Shown: positions 58,027 to 64,000 of the stretch, piece after piece
How the letters are laid out: each line of letters begins with the position of its first letter
Numbering within the stretch: position 1 is the stretch's first letter
Origin: Phoronis australis
Lineage: Eukaryota > Animalia > Phoronida
Length of the DNA: 64,000 nucleotides
Direction: 5' to 3'
NCBI GenBank assembly: GCA_002633005.1
Contig: NMRA01000385.1
Location: 313,839 to 377,838, forward strand
Translations under genes and position numbers: made by a program
Notes under the pieces: generated by a model
Seen by the model: only the letters and a program-made list of their open reading frames with translations
Databases searched by the model: none
Told to the model about the DNA's origin: nothing

Positions 58027-59679
58027 CTTTTTGGATGTAAAGAATGAATTCTTTCCACAACTGCACCTACGTCATCATGAAAAAATTGGAAACAATAGCA
58101 TGCAATTACTCAATTTAAAAATTAAGGTCGTTAACATAAAAGGGCGATTGAATATGACATAGCATCTGTCTCTTCACTCACAGAAAATGTGGACGATGAG
58201 CTAGCCTGTCGAATTGTAAATATGTTCTTTCTGTGATTTTTCTGAAATTTGATGTTTCTTGTATAGCAGAATCAGTCTTACCACGTAAACAAAACTATGA
58301 AGAAAATTCACCTCAAACAAATAACTTTCGACATCACAGATCAGAATTCCAGTGTCATTCATATTGATCATTTCAAAGTCCACAGTTTATCCTCTATTCA
58401 GCAATTATCTTATTGTTTTTTTTTCATTAAAACGTAGGCTATGCAGATTACCCTCGTGATCCACTACAACACGTTGGTTTTTATAATGACAGAACAGTCG
58501 TGTGGGAGGTAGGTTACATACGAGCTTCAAGCGGCAACACACAGCCGTGTGCACAATTTTTGTTGCTTCTGTCAACATGGTGTCTGCAACCAGATACGAT
58601 TTTCTCTGCCTTGCTTTTTCCAAAAAGACATCTGAGTTATTGAACACATTCCTACGAGTGAACTTAATAATCTGTGCACGTTTTCACTGCATGCGGGTTA
58701 AATTAAATTAATTATTTCCACCTAATAATATGTAGAAGATTTAGCATAGGTTATGTAACGACAGTTAATAAACATGATCATTTCTACTTTATCAAAGTCT
58801 CCAATCGGACAATATCCTATCGCTCAAGGAAAACTGAAGTCAGCAGTTTATAAAAGTTGTGATTCGTTTGACTTTGATGTTAATGCGTATAAGCTGTCTA
58901 GATCACAAAATCACTGTGTTTGGATTGAAGTAGAAAAGAAAGCGTCAAAATCAGTTTCAAGTTCAATTTCGAGTACAAAGATTGGACCCCGGCCCCACAT
59001 GTGCCTAAACAAGCTCGTTACGTTTACACCTTTGTACTCACATCAGTTATAATCTACATGTAGTTTGGAAGTAGAGTTAACCATTCAACTTATTATCAAA
59101 ACTGTTGGTAACAATTTTCCTAATTATCATGTCTGCTCTCCACCTTTTTCATACAAATACAATTCAAACAATCGTTTCCTACAGCCACAGATCCGCATTA
59201 GTGAGTTAAACCGTCTTAGAGGCATCAAGGGCTTGAACACATATAAACATTGCAACTTTTTTAGGTTGAAAAAAGTTTGAAATATTTGCTGTCTTGCGTG
59301 CAATTATAATTTCGATTGCATTTATTTAAATATATGCAATCTGGATTAGTATTGAAATAATAATCAAAGTACTCATAATTCATGTCGCTCCACATCTACT
59401 AGTCATCTAATCATGTCTTAAATCAACTCGTTTTCACTTCAGAGGCATCTCAGATTTGAAGACATTTTAAAATTTTTAAGTTGATCATGTTTTCCTCTAT
59501 TTAATTTTTTAGAGTAATTCTAATTCAGATTGCATATATTAATTATTATAATCCATGCAAGTTTTAAAGCCAGTTTTAAAGTAAGAGTCCTTATATCAGA
59601 GTCATTTATAAAAACTATTCTCGCTTTGGTTCAGTTTTCTGGGATGAAACATAGGTCTCATAAAGAAAAGACACAATAA

Positions 59680-60200
59680 GAAAAGGCTTGGTTCTCGCCT
59701 CCTGTAACATCTTAAGGAAAACCTTGTCATACCAAGGAGCCTTCCAAGACACAAGAGGTCACGTGAATAGAACAGAGAGCGATTCTTTTGCTAGGTAGTT
59801 AGGTTTCTAAGGTAGGACAAATTTCTTTAAAGCCTTCCTTGATAAAATTGTCAAGCGAAGCCACATCTCATGGGAACTACTACCCTGACCATGTAACACG
59901 AAGTTAACGAGCAGAGGATGACAGTTCATCAAACCGGAAAAGACGAAACAATCTAACAGGTGTAGAAATCCGAGGAAAGTAGCATCCCTCTACGGCAAGT
60001 GTAAACAGTGTAGACACTTCCGATAGTCGAAATAGAGTGCTACCTAGCCGAACGGAAATCGGAATACGTTCACCTGCTTTATTTCTATCGAGACATCGAT
60101 TCGATTTTTAGGCACGACAGGTCGTTCTGGAACATCTGTCTATTCATCCGACAGCCTTTACGGCTTCGTTACTACGCAACTAATCAAAATGCGTAGAGTT
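59680..60200 (-). pseudogene. Very degenerate LINE ORF2 remnant (endonuclease end / linker)
   Basis: Minus-strand fragments resembling G.S..DY (RLGST..FDY) and KAPWYDK; many stops. Confidence 0.3.
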
Positions 60201-61687
60201 GTTAAAACCGTACAACAGTAGTGCGGGTGACCTGTTCTTCGTCTAAAATATAATTAACGACATTTTAATTTCAATACCCAACTAACAAAGCACTGAGTTT
60301 CCCACATAGTTTGTTGTTCTATTCAGCTTGCTTTTTTTGTAAACAAACATTAATGACACGGAGGTAAATTAGCTGTATAGGTCATCGTGGACTGTTTTAT
60401 TCAGCTTAGTTTGCCTATTTGTTCAATCAGAATTTTTTGTGCATGACACAGGTATTAGCTCGCTCTATGAAGGTACATAAATGTCTCATAAGGTCTCACG
60501 CCGAGATATTTTCGCAGTAAGTCACATCACAGTATACATATATAGGAACTGAATAAGAGCGTTATAGATTACATCTGTGATCAATGTTCTCAAATGGATT
60601 TAAGTTGAGCCCAGTGGTAAATGCCGAATGCTGCTAATCGCAACGTTCAGCTAAATACCAAAGAGGAGACCTCCTTGTGTGGTGTGTGGGTTACTTTATG
60701 AATAGTAAGAGCATAGTTAAATAACAATATCCGTAAAGTGGCAAAATTAAAACTGCAGTGGGAACTAGACTGAAAATGAGACAATGGTGACTAATAATTT
60801 TACAGGCTGTGCCCTCTTTTAAGCTTTTAAAAAGTTGTGTAGTTACAGTTGATTCGCCAATCAATCACAAAATAGCCAATTGAGCTCGATATTTGAGCAC
60901 GGTGAGGTATCAACTGAGCGTTTTCTGTTGGTCAGCAACACTCAGAAAGTCTAGGGAGACAACTGGTGTAAATAGGAACTATGCTATAGAAAAAAAAATC
61001 GTTCGCGTACGGCGTACATGCGGGATATTTAAGCCTATATGCCGATCTGTGACGCTGTGCCTGAACCCAACTTCAGGCGCACGTTACTCTTAATAGAAGG
61101 TGGGCCAGGATTTGTAGGGCTCTAGAAAATGGTTTTTGTGAGTACTTTAGGGGGTCAATTTGATTTTAGTGTTTTTCAATTCATTTACTAGAATGTTTTC
61201 AAAATCTAAAAAGTTCCCACATATAAAGTTGCACATTTTTGAGAAATTTGAGTTTGAAGTTACATAATGATCAGCAAAGAGCTTAGTGAATTTATATTTG
61301 TACAAACAACAGTTTTGCTGTCTTTTTGTAAAACAAGCAATATGGTCCCATCAATATCATTGTATTGAACAATAGTACACTCACATTACATGTTTCACTG
61401 TTGTAGACTAATTGTAAACAGTGAAATTTAAAAATTGTGAACCTGGTGGCAGAAATACGAACTAAGTCTGAACGTTACTAGGAGGATATTCTGCCGTTGT
61501 CTGGCAGCAAAAATAACACAGAACACTTGAGACTGGGCAACATTTGTGCATAAATGACTGAACCATTGACTAATGGTGTAAAATGTAGCTTGTTTGCATA
61601 ATACACTAGAAATATGTTAGACGAAAACAAAATACCATAGTTCAATGATCTCTGTGAATGCATTTGCGCACAGACTGTATGAAAAAT

Positions 61688-62569
61688 ATAGATTATTACA
61701 TGGCGAAGTCGTTATCCCCCGTTATCTAGAACCCGAGTGGATTTTGGAGAATTATCGCCCGAGGGGCATTAGCCCCGAGGGTGATAATTCTCCAAAATCC
61801 ACGAGGGCTCTAGATAAGGGGGATAACGGCTGAGAACATGTAATAATCTATTTATACCACATACTAAACGAGAAACATTGCAATGAATCGATCTACCTTT
61901 CTCGACTCGCCTCGCCTCGGCTTTGTAACTACTTTCAATGTCAGAGGCCCGGGGTCGGAGGTCGTGACCTTTTAAGAAATGCCGAGCTATTTTTGTCAAA
62001 TAATGCTTATACTCAAAACCAATTGGAAATTTAAACAAAATAGAAATGAAGTGAATCTCTAAATTAAAGTTAAGTAACTATTATAGCTTAAAACACGTTT
62101 TTTACACGCTAAGCTTCGACCGGGAAATTATCGTCTGCTAAAGTAGGTTACCACTGGTAACTGAATATAATTCTCAAGTCAAAGATCCTGACGACACGAT
62201 ACCCGCATTCAAACTGGAGATCGGTGATTTACAAGTAAGAGGACATGAGAGAAAAATTTCACTGAATTAAGATATCATTTTTATGGAAATTATGTGTCTT
62301 ATTTTTCGTAGCGTATAAGTACAGTACAATGCGGTTTGTTGAACGTGTGATTATTGCGCGTGCTCATTTAACTATTCTATTTTCACTCACATCAGTCGCT
62401 GCGTGGTGTAGTGGTTAAGTCGGCGACCTGCAAATTCCAGGGTCCCGGGTTCGACTCCGCCCTCGGTTTCCCGACAAATCGTTATCTCACTAGTGAGATA
62501 ACTTTATGGGTTATTACACGGTTGTATCTGCCATTTGACGCTAATATTGTGGTATAATAGTAGATTATT
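61688..62569. mobile_element. Non-coding hairpin-rich element (Crypton-like by inference) containing a tRNA-like cassette
   Basis: 164-bp imperfect palindrome 61688-61851; inverted repeat TTATACCACA (61852-61861) / TGTGGTATAA (62548-62557); perfect 22-bp palindrome 62481-62502; AGATTATT at both ends. Confidence 0.6.
62397..62468 (+). other. tRNA-derived/SINE-like Pol III cassette (not a canonical tRNA)
   Basis: A box TGGTGTAGTGG (62404-62414) and B box GGTTCGACTCC (62448-62458); acceptor, anticodon and T stems pair poorly. Confidence 0.6.
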
Positions 62570-62720
62570 CTGACAGCGTTTAGCAAGCAGTATGACACAA
62601 ATACATGACAATGATCAAAGTATGTACTTTTTTACTAAATAAACAAATAAAATTCCCAGCTCACACTTTTTAATACAAAATTAAAATGAAATAATGGAGT
62701 TACAGAAGTTGGTGGTCTAT

Positions 62721-63060
62721 TCACGGTTGATATGTCAAAGAACTATCCAATTTTATGCAGTCAGCGTTGCTGATGTTACTACAGTTGTCAAAACTGCACA
62801 TTTCTGGACAGTTTGACCCAGCGTTGCAGTAAAAACTCAGTTTCCCTGTACACATGTTCTTTTTGCACTTGCAGCATACATCATTTAGTACTGTCAATGG
62901 AGCTGTGGGTATTGCCATCCATTTTAAGTGCAAAGCTCCACCACCAAGGAGCCAACATGGCCGATTAGAGAAGGTACAGCACTGCACACTGGTGATTGGC
63001 CTGTATGCAATGAAGGGTCAAACACCGAGTTCATGTTTGGAGGCAGGCAGGATTTGGGCA
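62721..63060 (-). pseudogene. Academ-type DNA transposon C-terminal remnant (Cys-rich finger)
   Basis: Frameshifted LPPNMNS / LTLHCIQANHQCAV, then W....L.LKWMAIPTAP..VL..VCCKCKK..C......C..G.NC.EMC...NCSN, matching the recalled Academ C-terminal pattern. Confidence 0.65.
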
Positions 63061-64000
63061 AACGTTTAATTCAAAATCTGTTACCATGGGCTATGTTACA
63101 TAGTGTGTCAGCAAGTGATTCGTCACTCTTCACAATCTTTGCCTTTCTTTTTTACATATCATGATGATCTATGGTACTTGGCTGCTTAAGCCTAAAGGTC
63201 TTTATCTTTGGATTTCATTTGCATATTCAGGTCTCGGGACTGAGCAGTTGCTTGCGATACAAGTCCAACTGAAAAAACGCGAACTGTTAACATTAATTTT
63301 ACATTTAACTACGAGTAAGTTGGCATGCGCATTTTCAGACGTACTTATAAAGAACTGATCCACCACCACCCTAACAAATTTAAATGCCGTCTGATCTGTC
63401 GCCTAAAAATGTTGACAGTCTAACCCTTAGATTAGTTAATGTGACTGAAAATAAGTCAGCTGATATGCGTCAGTGCAGTGATTCGAATTTAATTTTTAAT
63501 CAGATGCTCATACCATAGTTAATCGATTTACACTTAAGGTAATCAACGTTTGACAAATTACAACAGGGCCGCTGGCCACTTAGGCACTTCAATTTAATCA
63601 CCGTTGCAGCCTCCTTAGTAATTAATGTTTACGAAAAATTGAGAAGAGGTTCTTCCTGTCCCAGGCTTACGGAAGGGGATGACGGCCACCTGGGCGTGTT
63701 GATTGCAACCATCTACTCCATTTAACGTTCTCAAAAAAATTTGACTTAAAATGCTTAAAAGCACACTCACATATGATTATCCTCTGGCGCAAGCAGTGTC
63801 TATTTGGACAACTGAACGACGGAGTGTTCGAAAAACAGGATTGCATGAGTATTTGTTTACACTGTGAACAAATAAAAACATTAAGGGCCTTCTGAGGCAG
63901 TCCTCTACGTGGAAAAGGTACTTCTAAACTTATAGCAACATGACTGATGTTTTAATCAGTGTGATGCATAGCCGAAAAACATCCGGCATACGGCAGACCT

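Noticed and set aside
62397-62468. Functional tRNA-Cys gene
   Set aside because: A and B boxes are present, but the acceptor, anticodon and T stems do not pair properly; treated as tRNA-derived.

Overview
Eukaryotic genomic DNA, most likely from an AT-rich invertebrate animal (GT-AG introns, TTAGGG-type repeat, animal transposon families). It holds two convergent spliced genes. (1) On the + strand are the last 14 exons (171-38617; 5' end upstream of the window) of a large single-pass membrane protein. All splice phases chain into one open frame of about 1237 codons. Its order is: furin-type sites, a cadherin-like/bacterial Big_9-like Ig region, an EGF-like domain split by a ~350-aa array of Cys-rich N-glycosylation-dense repeats, a truncated EGF, a TM helix, and a Ser/Pro-rich tail ending in a PDZ-type motif (WSEV). 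(2) On the - strand is a 3-exon gene for a secreted 309-aa PAN/apple-like + fibrinogen-C protein (48545-42998). Introns and intergenic DNA are dense with decayed mobile elements: an internally deleted Gypsy element with both LTRs and a CCTAT target duplication, a probable solo LTR, several TTAA-flanked THAP/Kolobok-type elements, a TA-flanked Tc1/mariner-type element spanning an assembly gap, LINE, Penelope-like and Academ-like remnants, MITEs, and a hairpin-rich element carrying a tRNA-like cassette. All calls were made by eye; no searches were run.
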